Positions 23,741 to 37,740 of a stretch of DNA of 64,000 nucleotides are shown here, piece after piece (the first letter of the stretch is position 1; every line of letters begins with the position of its first letter). The notes beneath the pieces are model-generated. The model did no database searches. It saw only the letters and a list, made by a program, of their open reading frames with translations, and was not told the origin of the DNA. The position numbers and the translations under genes are program-made. The DNA lies in NCBI RefSeq assembly GCF_963921235.1, contig NC_086108.1, positions 17,298,001 to 17,362,000 on the forward strand, read 5' to 3'. The DNA is from Mobula hypostoma (taxonomy: Eukaryota).

Positions 23741-26700
23741 TAGGGAACTCGATAGTCAGAAAAAACAGACAGGAGATTCTGTGGACATGAATGAGACACC
23801 TAGATAGTATGTTGCCTCCCAGGTGTTGGGATCAGGGATGTCTCAGATTGCATCCACAACATTTTGGAGAGGGAGGGGGAGCAGCCAAATGTCTTGGTAC
23901 ATATTGGTACCAATGACAGAGGAAGGAAAAGCAATGAGGTTCTGAAAAGAGAATTTAGAGAGCTAGGTAGGAAGCAGGACCTCCTGGGCAGTAATTTCTG
24001 CATTGCTACCTGTGCCATGTGCCAGAAACAGGATGATTTGGCAGATAAGTGCGAGGCTGAGAAGCTGGTGCAAGGGGCAGGGCTTCATGTTCTTGGATAA
24101 TTGGGATCTCTTCTGGGGGAGGTATGACCTTTTCAAAAGTGACAGGTTGCACCTGAACCCAAGGGGGACCAATATTCTTGAGGGCAGGTTTGTTAGAGCT
24201 GTTGGGGAGAGTTTAAACTAACTTGGCAGGAGGGTGGGAACCGGAGTGAAGGGACTCAGAAACGGAAAGATGTTAATAAAGTAAAGATAGCGTTCAGTCA
24301 GACTGTCAGGAGGGGCAGGCAGGTGATGGGACTTACTTGCAGCCAACAGGCTGAGTATCAAATCATTAGGGATGCAGAGTCAGAAAGGATAGCAAATACG
24401 GTACTCAAGGTGTTGTATCTAAATGCACATAGTATAAGAAATGAGGTGGATGATCTTGTTGCAATATTACAGATTGCCAGGTATGATGTTGTGGCTATCA
24501 CTGAATCATGGTTGTAGTTGGGAGCTGAATGTCCAAGGTTACATGTTATATCGGAGGGATAGGAAGGTAGGCAGAGAGGGTGATGTGGCTCTGCTGGTAA
24601 AGAATGGCATCAAATCAGTAGAAAGATGTGACATAAGATCAGAAGATTTTGAATCCTTGTGGTTTGAGTTAAGAAGCTGCAAGGGTAAAAGGACATTGAT
24701 GGCAGTTATATACGGACCAGGATATAGGACTGCTAGAAAATGGGGCAGGAGAAATAATAATGAGGGACAAGGAGATGGTTGCTGAACTAAATGAGTATTT
24801 TGCATCAGTCTTTACTGTGGAAGACACTAGCAGAATGGCTGATGTTGTAGTGTGTGAAGGAAGAGAAGCGGGTGCAGTTACCGTTACAAGAGAGAAGGTG
24901 CTCAAAAAATTGAATGACTTAAAGGTACATAAGTCACCTGGACCAGATGAACTGCACCCTAGGGTTCTGAAAGAGGTAGCATTGGAGATTATGGTGGAAT
25001 TAGAAATGATCTTTCAAGAACATTGAACTCTGGCATGGTGCTAAAGGACTGGAAAATTGAAAATGTTTCTCCACCCTTTAAGAAAGGAGGAAGGCAGCAG
25101 AAAGGAAATTATAGACCAGTTAGCCTGACCTCAGTGGTTGGGAAGATGTTAGGTTTGATTGTTAAGGATGAGGTGATGGAGTACTTGGTAACGCAGGACA
25201 AGATAGTACAAAGTCAGCATGGTTTCCTTCAGGGAAAATCCTGCCTGACAAACCTGTTGGAATTCTTTGAAGAAATTACAAGTAGGATGGATAAAGGGGA
25301 TGCAGTGGATGTTGTGTATTTGGACTTTCAGAATGCCTTTGACAAGGTGCCACACATGAGGCTGCTTACCAAATTAAGAACCCTTGGAATTACAGGAAAG
25401 TTACTAACATGGTTAGAGCATTGACTGATGGGTAGGAGGCAGCGAGTGGGAATAAAAGGATCCTTTTCTGATTGGCTGCCAGTAACTAGTGGTGTTCTGA
25501 AGGGGTCAGTGTTGGGACCACTTCTTTTTATGCTGCATATAAATGATTAAGATGATAGAATAGATGGCTTTGTTGCCAAGTTTTCAGATGATACGAAGAT
25601 TGGTGGAGGGGCAGGTAGTGTTGAGGAAACAGATAGGATGCAGAAGATCAGGAAAATGGCAAGAAAGTGGCAAATGAAATACAATGTTGGGAAATGCATG
25701 TTCATGCACTTTGGTAGTAGAAATAAATGTGCGGACTAATTTCTAAACAGGGAGAAAATCCAGGAATCTGAGATGCAGAGGGTCTTGGGAGTCCTTGTGC
25801 AGAACACCTTGAAGGTTAACTTGCAGATTGAGTTGGTGGTGAGGAAGGCAAATGCCATGTTAGCATTAATTTCAAGAGGTCTAGAATACAAGAGCAAGGA
25901 TGTGATGCTGAGGCTTTATAAGGCACTGGTGAGGCCTCACCTTTAATATTGTGAACAGTTTTGGGCCCCTCATCTTATAAAAAGATGTGCTGGCATTGGA
26001 GAGGGTCCAGGACAGGTTCACAAGGATGCTTCCAGGAATGAAAGTGTTATCATACGAGGAACGCTTGATGGCTCTGGGTCTGTACTCACTGGAATTTAGA
26101 AGGATGAGGGGGGAAATCTCATTGTTTCGAATGTTGAAAGCCCTAGACAGAGTAGATGTTTCCCATAGTGGGACAGTCTAGGACAAGAGGGCACTGCCTC
26201 AGGATAGAGGGATGCCCTTTCAAAACAGAGATGCAGAGAAATTTCTTTAGCCAAAGAGTGGTGAATTTGTGGAATTTGTTGCCACATGCAGCTGTGGAGG
26301 CCAGGTCGTTGGGTGTATTTAAGGCAGAGGTTGATAGGTTCTTGATTGGACATGGCATCAAAGGTTATGGGGAGAAGGCCGGGATCTGGGGTTGAGGGGG
26401 GGGAGATAGAAAAAAGGACAGCCATGATTGAATGGCGGAACAGATTCAATGAGCCGGGTGGCCTAATTCTGCTCCTACGTCTTATGGTCTTCTTCCAGCA
26501 GACTTCAGACTCTCCCACATACCTTCTGGCAAACCCTTGCTGAGATTTCATGAGCGATTTTTCAACAGTGGCTTTCTCTTTGCCATTCTCCCATAAAGCT
26601 GCAACTGATGAAGCAGCCAGGCAACAGTTTTTGTATGTGCAGTCTCTCCCATCTCAGCCACTGAAGCTTGTAACTCCTCCAGAGCTGCCATAGGTCTCTT

Positions 26701-28123
26701 GGTGGCTTTCCTCTTTCATCCTCTTCTTGCACAGTTACTCAGTTTTTGTGGACGTCCTGCTTTAGGAAGACTTACAGCGAAGCCATATTCTTTCCATTTC
26801 TTGATGATTGACTTAACTATACTCTAAGAGATATTCAGTGACTTGGAATGTTTCTTATATCCTGACTTTTCAATAATCTTTTTGTGGAGTTGCTTGGAGT
26901 GTTCTTTTATCTTCATGGTGTAGTTTTTGCCAGGGTGCTGACTCACCAGCAGTTGTACCTTCCAGATAGGGTGTATTTTTACTGCAATCAATTGAAACCC
27001 CTAGACTGCACACAGGTGATCTCCATTTAACGAATTATGTTACTTCTAAAACCAATTGGCTGCACCAGTGATTTGGTGTGTCAAGGGGGTTGGGGGGGGG
27101 AATACTTATGAAATCAATTATTTTGTGTTTTATATTTGTAATTAATTTTGATCACTTTGCAGAGATCTGTTTTCACTTTGACATGAAAGAGTCTTTTTCT
27201 GTTGATCAGTGTCTTTTTAAAGGCACTATATAACCTGTAGCACCAGAAGTCCCAATATACTAGATTACTGTTATACTAAGATAAAGAATGTCTACCGCTC
27301 CATGGCCAGACCGCATTTCAGTAAATCAGATCACTTGGCTGTCCCCCTACCTGCATACATGCATAGAGGCTAAAGAGCAAAACTCCAGAGATTAGGACAA
27401 CAAAGAGGTAACTGTGGGAGGCAGAGGACTGACTACGGGATTGCTTCGAGTCAGTGAACTGGGCTGTGTTCAAGCACTCATCTGTGGATCCGAATAAATA
27501 TACCATGATTGTAACGGACTTTATTAAAACAGTTGTAGAGGAGTGTGTCTCCACAAAATCATACTGAGTTTTCTTCAGTCATAAGCCTGTGCTGAACCAT
27601 GAGATCTGAAATCTGCTGAGAGCCAGATCAAAGCATTAAAGTCTGGTTACAAGAGGTCCAGGTATGATCCCCAGAAAGCCATATCATGGGCCAAGTGGAA
27701 ATTCCGGACCAAACTTGAATCTAAGATGGATGCTCGGCAGTTATGGCAGGGATGGAATACTATCATCTCTTATAAAGTTAAATTAACTGACATGGGTAAC
27801 AACAGAGCTTGACTTCCAGATGAGCTCAGTGCCTTCTATGCTCACTCTGACTGTCTATACATGGAGGAACTATCACAAACTCCCACATCCCCGATGATCT
27901 GATGATTTCAGTCAGCCTCAGCGAGCTGCTTCCAGGAGGGTGAACCCATGACAAGCATCCAGTCCATTCGGGGAACCTGGCTAAGTACTAAAAACCTGTG
28001 CTGATTATCTGGCTGTTGCGTTCACTCAGATCGTTAACCTCTCGTTTCGGCAGTGTGTGGTACCTACCTGCTTCAAGCAGGCTTCAGTTCTACTGGTACC
28101 AAGAACAGCATGGTGACCTGCTT

Positions 28124-28258
28124 CATAAACAAGAGAAAATCTGCAGATGTGGAAATCTGAGCAATACACACAAAAAGAGTACAGCTAGCCCAAAACGTCG
28201 ACTGTAGTCTTTTCCTAGATGCTGCCAAGTTCCTTCAGCATTTTGTGTGTGTTGTTCG
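28124..28258. mobile_element. Short Penelope pLTR fold-back fragment inside the Rex element
   Basis: aaatctgcagatg..gcaatacacacaaaa ... cccaaaacgtcgactg..gatgctgcc..cattttgtgtgtgttg. Confidence 0.65.
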
Positions 28259-30559
28259 GTGACCATCACCCACTAACACTTACATCCACAGTGATGAAGT
28301 GTTTTAAGAGGTTGGTATTGAAACATATCAATTCCCTCCTGAGAAGTGACTTAAATCCACTCCAATTTGCATACTAAAGCAACTGGGCCACAGCAGATGC
28401 CACCTCATTGGCTCTTCACTTAACCCTGGAACATCTAGACAGCAAAGGTGCACACACCAGGATGCTTTTTATTGACTACAGCTCGGCATTCAATCCCATC
28501 ATCCCCTCAAAGCTAATCAATAAGCTCCAAGACCTTGGCTCAATCCCTCTTAGTGCAATTGAATCCTGGATTTCATCACTTGTAGATCCCAGTTATTTTG
28601 GATTGGCAATAACATCTCCTTCACAATCTCCATCAGCACAGGTGCACCACAGGGCTGTGTGCTTAGCCCCTGCTCTACGTGTTTTATACCTATTGTCTAT
28701 GTGGCTAGGCACAGCTCCAATGCCATATTTAAATTTGCTGATGACCACCACAGTAGATGGCCATATCAAAGTTAGTGATGAGGGAGATTGAAAATCTGGC
28801 TGAATAGTTTCATGACAACAGCCCCTACTCAAATATCAAAAAGACCAAGGAACTGATTATAGACTTCAGCAGAGGGAAACCAGATATCCATGAGTAAGTC
28901 CTCATTGGAGGATCAGAGGTGAACAACTTTAAATTCCTGGGTGTTATTATCTTAGAGGACCTGCCCTGGACCCAGCATGAAAGTGCAATTACAAAGAAAG
29001 CCCAGCAACAACTCTACTTCCTTAGGAGTTTGCGGAGATTTGGCATGACGTCTAGAACTTTGATAAATCTCGATAGATGCGTAGTGGAGTGTGTATTGAC
29101 TGGTTGCACCACAGCCTAGTATGGAAACACCAATGTTCTTGAATGAAGGTTTCTGCAAAAACTAGTGGATACAGCTAGTCCATCACGGGTAAATCCTGCC
29201 CAACTATTGAACATATCTGCATGAAACGCTGTTGCAGGAAAGCAGCATCCATCATCAGGGATCCCACCACCCAGAACATGCTATCTTCTCACTGCTGCCA
29301 TGCCCCTCAAGGTTCAGGAACAGTTACTACCCCTCAATGATCTGGCTCTTGAACAAAGGAGATAACTTTTCTCAACTGCACTTTCCTCATTATTGAAATG
29401 TTCCTACAACCAATGGACTCACTTTCTTTTTCTCATGTTTTTGATATTTATTTATAATTATTTACACAGTTTGTTGTCTTCTTCACTCTGGTTGAATGCC
29501 CCAGTTGGGGGATCTTTCAATGATTCTGTTACAGTTACTATTCTGTAGTTTTGCTGAGATTGCCCACAAGAAAATGAATCTCAGGATTGCATGCTTTTGA
29601 ACTCCAGAGGTGTATACGTGAAGGCCATAGGGTGAATGCACACTATACTTTCTCCCAGGTTTGGTGAATTATGAATTAGCGAGCATAGCGAGACGAAGGA
29701 GATTTGATAGGAACCTGAAGGACAACCTTTTCATCCAGAGGGTGGTCTGCATTCATAATGAGCATCCAGATAAGTGGTCAACCATCAATCATTTAAAAGG
29801 CACTTGAATTAATGCTTGGGTAGGAAAAGGTTGGAGGGATATTGGCCAAACAAGAGAAAATGGGACTCATTGAGTTGATATCTTGGATTGCTTGGGCCAA
29901 GGGGCCCACTTCTGTGCTGCATTTCTCCACGACTCTACCTGATCTGTATGGATTTTAGAAGACATTCTGACAAAGTTACAGATGACAAGTTAATCAGAAA
30001 TTAAATGCTCTTGGAATTCATGAGAAAATGGCAAGATGGATTAAAAACTAGGTTCGCAGGAAGAAGTAAATGACATTAGTGGAGTTCAAGGCTATGTCCG
30101 CTTGGTCCCACATGTCTCAGTGTACTGTACATAGGTTACAGTACTATATATAAATAATTTGGTCTTAAAAGTAGGAACTACATTGAAGTTTGGAAATAAT
30201 TTCAAAATGCATTAGCTTGTGAGCAAGGAAGCTGCAGGCTCCAAGAGACCATCAATAGGCGGACACAGAGTGGCAGATGGAATTCAACCTGGAGAACTTT
30301 AAGGGAATGTTTCTGGGGAGGCCAGACAAGATGAGGGAATACATGAACAATAGATCTCAGTTTTGGAGGAACAGAGGAGAATCTTGGAGTTCTGGTGCAA
30401 TGATCCCTGAGCTAGTGAGACAGGTGAAAAAGATAGCACATGGGATATTTGGTGTTGCCATCTGAGGCATGGAAAACATACAATGGGAGCAGAAGTAGGC
30501 CATTCAGCTCCTCAAACCTGCCCCACATTCGATATGGTCATGACTGATCTGCCCAGATC

Positions 30560-33500
30560 TAAAGTGCGTAAAAGGTAGAACAGGAACAGGCCCTTCAGCC
30601 CACAATGTTGTGCTAAACTAATAACATTAGTATTTAAAGGCCCGACTAAAATAATTCCTTCTGCCTACACAATATTGTTCCATTCCCTGCACTTTTATAT
30701 GCCTATCTAATTCTCTGAAATGCGTCTATCATATTTGTCTAAATGCCTCTATCATATTTGCCACCACCTCCACCTCTGGAAGTGCATTACAGGTAACCAC
30801 TATTCTCCGTGTAAAATACTTTCCCTACACATCTTCTTTGAACTTTCCCTCATCACTTTAAATGCATACCCCCTGGTATTAGACATTTCAATCCTTGGAA
30901 AAAAGATAACGGCTATCTTTTCTGTCTATGCCCCTCATAATCTTCAAACCTCTATCAGATCTCCTATCAGCCTCTGCTGCTCCAGAGAAAACAGCTGAAG
31001 TTTGTCCATTTCCTCCTTAAGACACATGCCCATTATTCCCGGCAGTGTCCTGGTAAAGATCTTGTGCACCTTCTCCAAAGCCTTGATGTTTCTTTGATAA
31101 TGGGCGACCAGAACCAGATGTGGCCTAAAGAGAGTTTTATTAAGCTGCCACATAACTTCCTAACACTTGAACTCAAATCCTTGACTAACAAAGGGAAGTG
31201 TTCCATATGTCAGCTTATGTCAACTTCATAAGGGAAGCATGCCATATGCCTTCTCTACCATCCTGTCAACTTATTTTGTTACTTTCAGGTAGCTGTGGAC
31301 TTTGATCCCAAGATCACTCTACAAACCAACACTGTTAAGGATTTTACCATTGCAGTATACATTCCATTTACATCTGATCTCCCAAAGTGCAATAGTTCAT
31401 ATTTAGCCAGGTTAAGCTCCATATGCCATTTCTCCACCAATATCTGCAATTGATCTTTATCCCACTGTATCCTTTGACAGTCTTCTACACTATCCACAAT
31501 GCCACCAATCTTTGTTACATCTGCAAGCTTACTAACCTACCCATCTACAATTTCATCCAGGTCATTTATAAATACTACAAAGAGCAGTGGTCCCAGTGCA
31601 GATCCATGCAGAACACTGTTTGTAACAGACATCATACCAGAATGCCCCATCATTCACTGCCCTCTGACTTCCAATTCTAACTCCAAATGGCCAATTCACC
31701 ATGGATCCCATGCAGCTTAATCTTCTGAATGAGCTTCCCAAGAGGGACCCTGTCAAATGCCTTATTAAAGTTCATGTAGACAACATCCACAGCTCTACCT
31801 TTATCAATCACTTTTGTCACCTACTTAAGAAACTCAATAAAGTTAGTTGCACACGACTTGCCTCACACAAAGCTACACTAAATGTCCCTAAGTTGGCCAT
31901 GGGTTTCCATGGCTCATAAATCTTATGCTGAAGAATCCTTTCCAGTAACTACTGACGTGAGACTCATCTGTCTATAGTTCTCAGAATTATCACTATTTCC
32001 TTTTTCAATAATAGAATAACATCAGCCACTCACCTGTGGCTAGAGAGGACACAAAAATAGTCATGAATATCCCAGCAGTCTCATCTCTTGCTTCTCTCAC
32101 TAACCTGGAGTAAATCCCATCAGCTCCTGGAGATTTATCCACCTTAATGTTTTTTTCAGAGACTCAACACTACCCTCCTTTTTTTAATCTCAAAATGCCC
32201 TGGCATATTAGCACACACCACACTCATCTTCCTATCACATCCTTCTTCTTGGTAAATTCTGATGCAAAGTACTCAGTTAAGGCCTTACCCACCTCCTCAA
32301 CCTCTAAGCACATGTACCCTTATTTATCCTTGAATGCTCTTCACTGCTCCCTAGTTATCCTCTTGCTCTTGATGCATGCTTAGAATCCCTTGGTATTTTC
32401 TTTAATCCTATTTGCCCATGATTTTTCATGGCCCTTCTAGGCTCTGCTAGTTCCCTTCTTGAGTTTGTTTCTGGCTTCTTTATAGTCCTCAAGAGCTCTG
32501 TTTGAGTTTTAGCTTCCTAAATCTTGCATATACTTTCTTTTTCTTCTTGACCAAATGGACCTTCCCTCTTGACATCCAAGGTTCAAAGTTCAAAGTTCAG
32601 AGTTCATGCATTTCACCACATACAACCCTGAGATTCTTTTTCTGCGGGCATATTTAGCAAATCTACAGAACAGTAACTGTAAACAGGATCGATGAACAAC
32701 AACAGTGCAAATGAAAATATAATGAAATAACAACAAATAATGATAACATAAAAGAACAAGATAAAGAGCCCTTAAAGTGAGACCATCGGTTGTGCGAACA
32801 CCAGAAATAGAGTGAGTGTAGTTATCCCCATTTTGTTCAAGTGCCTGATGGTTGAGGGGTAGTAACTGTTCTTGAACCTGGTGGTGAGAGTCCTGAGGCA
32901 CTTGTACCTTCTACCTGATGGCAGCACTGAGAAAAGAGGTGCCTGGGCGGTGAGAATTTTTGATAATGGATGCTGCTTTTCCACGGCAGTGTTTCATTTA
33001 GGATATGTTCAATCTCACAGCTCTCTGTCCTCATAGGTTCTCCTAGCTTGCCATCATTGTCCTCCCTTCTTACTGAAATATACCTGTCCTGTACTCTGTG
33101 CAGTTGGCCTTTAAATACTTTCCACATTTCAGATATGGACTTACCCAAAAAAACCCCTTTATAATTAATTAACTCCCCCCAGTACCTTCCTAATACTGTT
33201 GTAAGTTGCCCTGCTCCAGTTTAGTACTCTTCCACAAGGTTATCTATCCAGGGAGGTGAAAAAGATGAAAGAGATCTCAAATGGATTCTTTGCAACTCTA
33301 TTTATTCAGGATATGGACACAGTTTAGAGAACTAAGGCAAAACAGCAGTGAGGTCATGGACCATAGACGGATTAAAGAGGACAAGGTGCTTGCTATAATG
33401 GGGCAAATTAGGATGTATAAATCCCCAGGGTCTGACAAGGTGTCCCCTCAGACCTTGTCAGAGATGAGGGCAGAAATTGCAAGGCTCTAGCAGAGGTGCT

Positions 33501-34760
33501 TAAAGCATCCGTAGGTGCCAGAGGATTGGAGGATAGCTAATGTTGTTCTTTTGTTTAAGAAAGGCTCTAAGAATAAGCTGGGAAATTATAGGTTGATGAG
33601 CCTGACATCAGTAGTGGGTAAGTTAACATAGAAACATAGAAAACCTACAGCACAATACAGGCCCTTCGGCCCACAAAGCTGTGCTGAACATGTCCTTACC
33701 TTAGAAATTATCTAGGGTTACCTATAGCCCTCTATTTTTCTAAGCTCCATGTACCTATCCAGGAGTCTCTTAAAAGACTCTATCATATCCGCCTCCACCA
33801 CTGTTGCCGGCAGCCCATTCCACGCACTCACCACTCTCTGTGTAAAAAATTTACCTCTGACATCCTCTCTGTAACTACCTCCAAGGACCTTAAAACTGTG
33901 CTCTCTCGTATCAGCCATTTCAGCCCTGGGAAAAAGCCTCTGACTATCCACGTGATCAATGCCTCTCATCATCTTATACACCTCTATCAGGTCACCTCTC
34001 ATCCTATAGAGAGAGTGCAGAGGAGACCAACAAGGATGTTGCCTGGATTGGGGAGCACATCCTATGAGAAAAGGTTGAGTGAACTTTGCCTTTTCTCCTT
34101 GGAGCGACAGAGTATGAGAGATGACCTGATAGAGGTGTATAAGATGATGAGAGGCATTGATCATGTGGATAGTCAGAGGCTTTTTTCCCAGGGCTGAAAT
34201 GGCTAGCACGAGAGGGCATAGTTTTAAGGTGCTTGGAAGCAGGTACAGAGGAGATGTTAGGGGTAAGTTTTTCATACAGAGCGTGGTGGGTGCATGGAAT
34301 CCACTGCCAATGATAGTGGTAGAAGCGGATATAATATGGTCTTTTAAGAGAATCTTAGGTAGTACATGGAACTTAGAAAAATAGAGGGCTATGCAATAGG
34401 GAAATTCTAGGCAGTTTCTAGAGTAGGTTACAGGGTCGGCACAACATTTTGGCCAAAGGGACTGTAATGTGCTGTAGATTTCTATGTTCTATTAAACATC
34501 CATTTCTGACACTCTCAATAAAGTTTCTGTTATGGCTACTTCATAGTTCCACATACTGTTCCATGCTCTAAGTTCATTATCTTCACTCATACCATTAAAA
34601 TACATGTACTTCAAGCTGTCAAGACTATTACCTTGCTCCCACCTGCTCTTACTGGTCATGACAGCGACCTTCCTTTTAATTCCTCTACTTTCTGACCTGG
34701 GGCTCTGGTTCCCATCTACCTACTATCACCTTCTTTAAACCCTCGAGAAGCACTAGTGAA
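30560..34760 (-). mobile_element. Old CR1 LINE (segments ~30560-33245 and 34493-34760) with nested Rex 3' fragment (32580-33020) and younger CR1 pieces (33250-34491)
   Basis: Degraded RT and C-terminal ORFs 30944-31153 and 31285-31497; Rex fragment PSGRRYKCLRTLTTRFKNSYYPSTIRHLN. Confidence 0.7.
33627..34491. mobile_element. Two CR1 3' ends joined head-to-head (minus 33627-34005, plus 34006-34491)
   Basis: Both encode RGDLIEVYKMMRGIDHVDSQRLF...; tails point outward at each end. Confidence 0.85.
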
Positions 34761-35184
34761 ACTCCTGGCCAGGACATTGATTCCCCTCCAGTCCCTCCAG
34801 TAAATTACTCCGTGCTAGTTCTCCAGAACCTTTAATCCCCTGACCTTTTTCTTTAAATACCCCCAATGATAATGCCTCTCTGAGATCCTGTAGTCGAGAA
34901 TTCCAGAGATTCACCATCATATGTGAGAAGAGGTTCATTGCATGCCTCTGTTTTAGATGACCAACCGCAATCTTGTGAATATATTCCTTCATTAAAGGTT
35001 CTCCCACTGGTGGAAATATCTCAATATCACCCATCGTTCTTCTACATTCCAGTGATATAATTTCTTTAGCTACTCCTGATAGGACAACCCTCTCATCCTA
35101 AGAATTAGACTAGTGAATCGTTTTTGAACTGCCTCCAATGTCAGTATAATAAGGAAACCAAGATTATGCATAGTACTGCAGGTC

Positions 35185-37740
35185 AAGTTGAGTCAAGTCA
35201 AGTTTTTTGTCATTTAACTATATACATGTATATAAAGTACATAACCACAGACTGTATAAAGAAACAAGACAATGTTTCTCTAAACCAGGTTGTAAAACAC
35301 AGTAGTGCACATAACACATGATAACCTATGAAGGTAAGGTGCTCCTGGTGCGGCCTCCTCTACATCGGTGAAACCCGACGCAGATTGGGGGACTACTTTG
35401 TCGAGCACCTCCGCTCTGTCCGCCACAACAGACAGGATCTCCCGGTAGCCACCCACTTTAACTCTGCTTCCCATTCCTATTCAGATATGTCCGTACATGG
35501 CCTCCTCTACTGCCATGATGAGGCTCAGCTTAGGTTGGAGGAACAACACCTCATATACCGTCTAGGTAGTTTCCAGCCCCTTGGTATGAACATAGAATTC
35601 TCCAACTTCTGGTAATTCCCTCCCCCTCCCTTGCTCTATCCCTATTTCACTCTGCCCCCTCCCCCAGCTGCCTATCACCTCCCTCATGGTTCCGCCTCCT
35701 TCTACTACCCATTGTGTTTTCTCCTATTCCTCCTTCACCTTTCCTGCCTATCACCTCCCTGCTTCCACTCCCCCTCCCCTTTGTCTTTCCCCTTACTGGT
35801 TTTTCACCTGGAACCTACCAACCTTCTTCCCACCCTCCCCCCACTTTCTTTATAGGGCCTCTGCACCTTCCCTCTTCAGTCCTGACGAAGGGTTCCGGCC
35901 CAAAACATTGACTGATCGTTTCCACGGATGCTGCCCGACCTGCTGAGTTCCTCCAGCGTGTTGTGAGTGTTGCTTTGATCCCAGCATCTGCAGAGTATTT
36001 TGTGTTTGTGAAGGTAAGGATAAAATCTACAGATGAGTCACACATAAATAACAAACTAAAGTTTATTAATTTTAAATAATGTAAGTTGCAGAATAGATTA
36101 ACCAGTGATGGTTTGAATACGATGTGGCAAGGAGTTCAGATGCCTAAAGGCCTGAGGGAAGAAACTGTTTCTCATCCTGACCATTCTTGTTTTTATGCAT
36201 CTAAGTTTCCTGCCTGATGGTGGAAAATCAAAGAGGATATTGGATGGATGGGTGTGATCCTTAATAATACTAAGGGCCCTGAATACACAGCGATCCTGAT
36301 AAATGTCCTTGATGGATGGTAGGGAGATCCCTATGATCCTCTCAGCTGTTCTCACAGTCCTTTGTAGGGACTTTGAGTCTGATGCTTGATGGCTGCCATA
36401 CCAGATGGAGATGCAGCTTGTCAGGATGCTGTCAGTGGTGCTCCTGTAAAACACAGTTAAGATGGTGGGGGGGGGAAGGTGGGAGAACCTTGCTTGCCTC
36501 AGTATTCCTAGGAAGTGGAGGCACTGCTGGGCCTTCTTGCTCAGGGAGGTGATGTTAAGGGACCAGCTGAGGTAATCCGTGATGTTAACTCCCTGGAAAC
36601 TTGGTGTACAGGGAGCTCTCTACAGGAGGAACTGTCTTTTCACAGAGGGGGATGGTTCATCTGCACCTCCCTGAAGTTCACAATGATTTCCTTTGTCTTC
36701 TCCACATTCAGGTTTAGGTTGTGCTTCTCACACCAATCCACCAGCCACTCCACTTCCTCTTTATACTCCGTCTCATCATCATTCTTGATAAGGCCAAACA
36801 CTGTTGTGTCATCCAGAAACTTGATGACACGGTTTGAGCTGGATCCTGCGACACAGCCATGAGTCAGCAGTGTGAACAGCAGCGGACTGAGCACACAGCC
36901 TTGGGGAGCACCAGTGCTCAGTGTAATGGGACTGGAGACATTGCTGCCCACACAGACTGACTGTGGCCTTTCTGTTAAGAAGTTCAGGATCCAGTTATAG
37001 AGGGAAGTTTTGAGACCCAGCAAGGACAGTTTCCCCTCCAGTTTCTGGGGTTATGATGGTGCTGAATGCCGAACCAAAGTCTATAAACAGCAGCCTGGTA
37101 TATGAGACCCCATTTTCTGGGTGGAACAGGACAGAGTGGAGGGCAGAGGCTATTGCATCATCAGTGGATCAACTTGAATGATAAGCAAACTGGAAAGGGT
37201 CCAATGTAACTAGGAGAAAGGCTTTAAAGTGCTCTATTGCCAGCCACTCAAAGCATTCCATAATGGCTGCTGTTAATGCCACCAGCCGATAGTCATTTAG
37301 GCAGGTTACTGTCGCCTTCTTTGGCACTGGAATGATGGTTGCTGCCTTGAAAACAGAAGGGACAATGGACTGTTCCAGAGAGATGTTGAATATATTTGTC
37401 AGCTGGGCTGCGCAGTCTTTCAGAACCTGACCTGGTACATTGTTGGGCCCCACAGCTTTGTGTGGATTGACTCTGGCCAGGATCTTCCTCACTTCAGTTT
37501 CAGCCAGACGGAGTGTTTGCACCCCTAGGGATGCGCATCAGATTGGCTGTAGAAAACATTCAACCCCTCAAGGAATGAAGCATCCTGGTCAATGACTCAC
37601 AGTGTAGGCATAGTCTGAAAACCTTTGAATTCCATGCCACATGCACCTTGTGTCTCTGGTATCAGAGAAGTCGCTGTAAATTCTCTGAGAATGCTCCCAT
37701 TTTACCTTACTGATGAAGCAGGAAAGCACAGTTCTTGGTG
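35185..37740 (-). mobile_element. 5'-truncated Rex/Babar LINE with Penelope inserted in its 3' UTR
   Basis: ORFs 37169-37522, 36640-37023 ([20 protein letters not shown]) and 36098-36454; tail (caagt)n near 35185-35202. Confidence 0.88.
35340..36008 (+). mobile_element. Penelope-like element 3' part: GIY-YIG endonuclease end plus pLTR
   Basis: ORF 35328-35615 CSWCGLLYIGETRRRLGDYFVEHLRSV...PVATHFN...RLEEQHLIYRL; TSD TGAAGGTAAGG at 35329-35339 and 36009-36019. Confidence 0.92.

Larger units (their letters stand above)
21535..26488 (+). mobile_element. Near full-length CR1 (5' UTR tandem repeats, ORF1 zinc finger/leucine zipper plus SGNH esterase, ORF2 EN partly deleted, RT) inside Tc1
   Basis: ORF1 CSSCQM...YICMKCIQLQLLEDYVRDLEQQLDDL, VHIGTND, DRLHLN; ORF2 YLNAHSIRN, NYRPVSLTS, QHGF, LDFQNAFDKV; TSD CTTCTT at 21529-21534 and 26489-26494. 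Confidence 0.92.
20740..27228 (-). mobile_element. Tc1/mariner (IR/DR type) DNA transposon with a pseudogenised transposase
   Basis: TA-CGGTGCC ... GGCACTA-TA termini; ~210-bp inverted repeats with internal repeat agtattcaccacc; ATG at 26916, GRPQKL motif; DDE region KHGDG.I.LWGCF, QQ.N.PKH, WPSQSPDLNAIEN (21076-21429). Confidence 0.92.
19960..29595 (+). mobile_element. Degraded Rex/Babar-type LINE split by Tc1 and Penelope insertions
   Basis: Endonuclease motifs (ETWL, GGVGF, YLSRE, DFN) end at ccaattaccatcatcata and resume at taacctgtagcaccaga (TCSTR..ILDYCY); RT remnants [11 protein letters not shown] and FKFLGV..(28408-29119). Confidence 0.8.
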
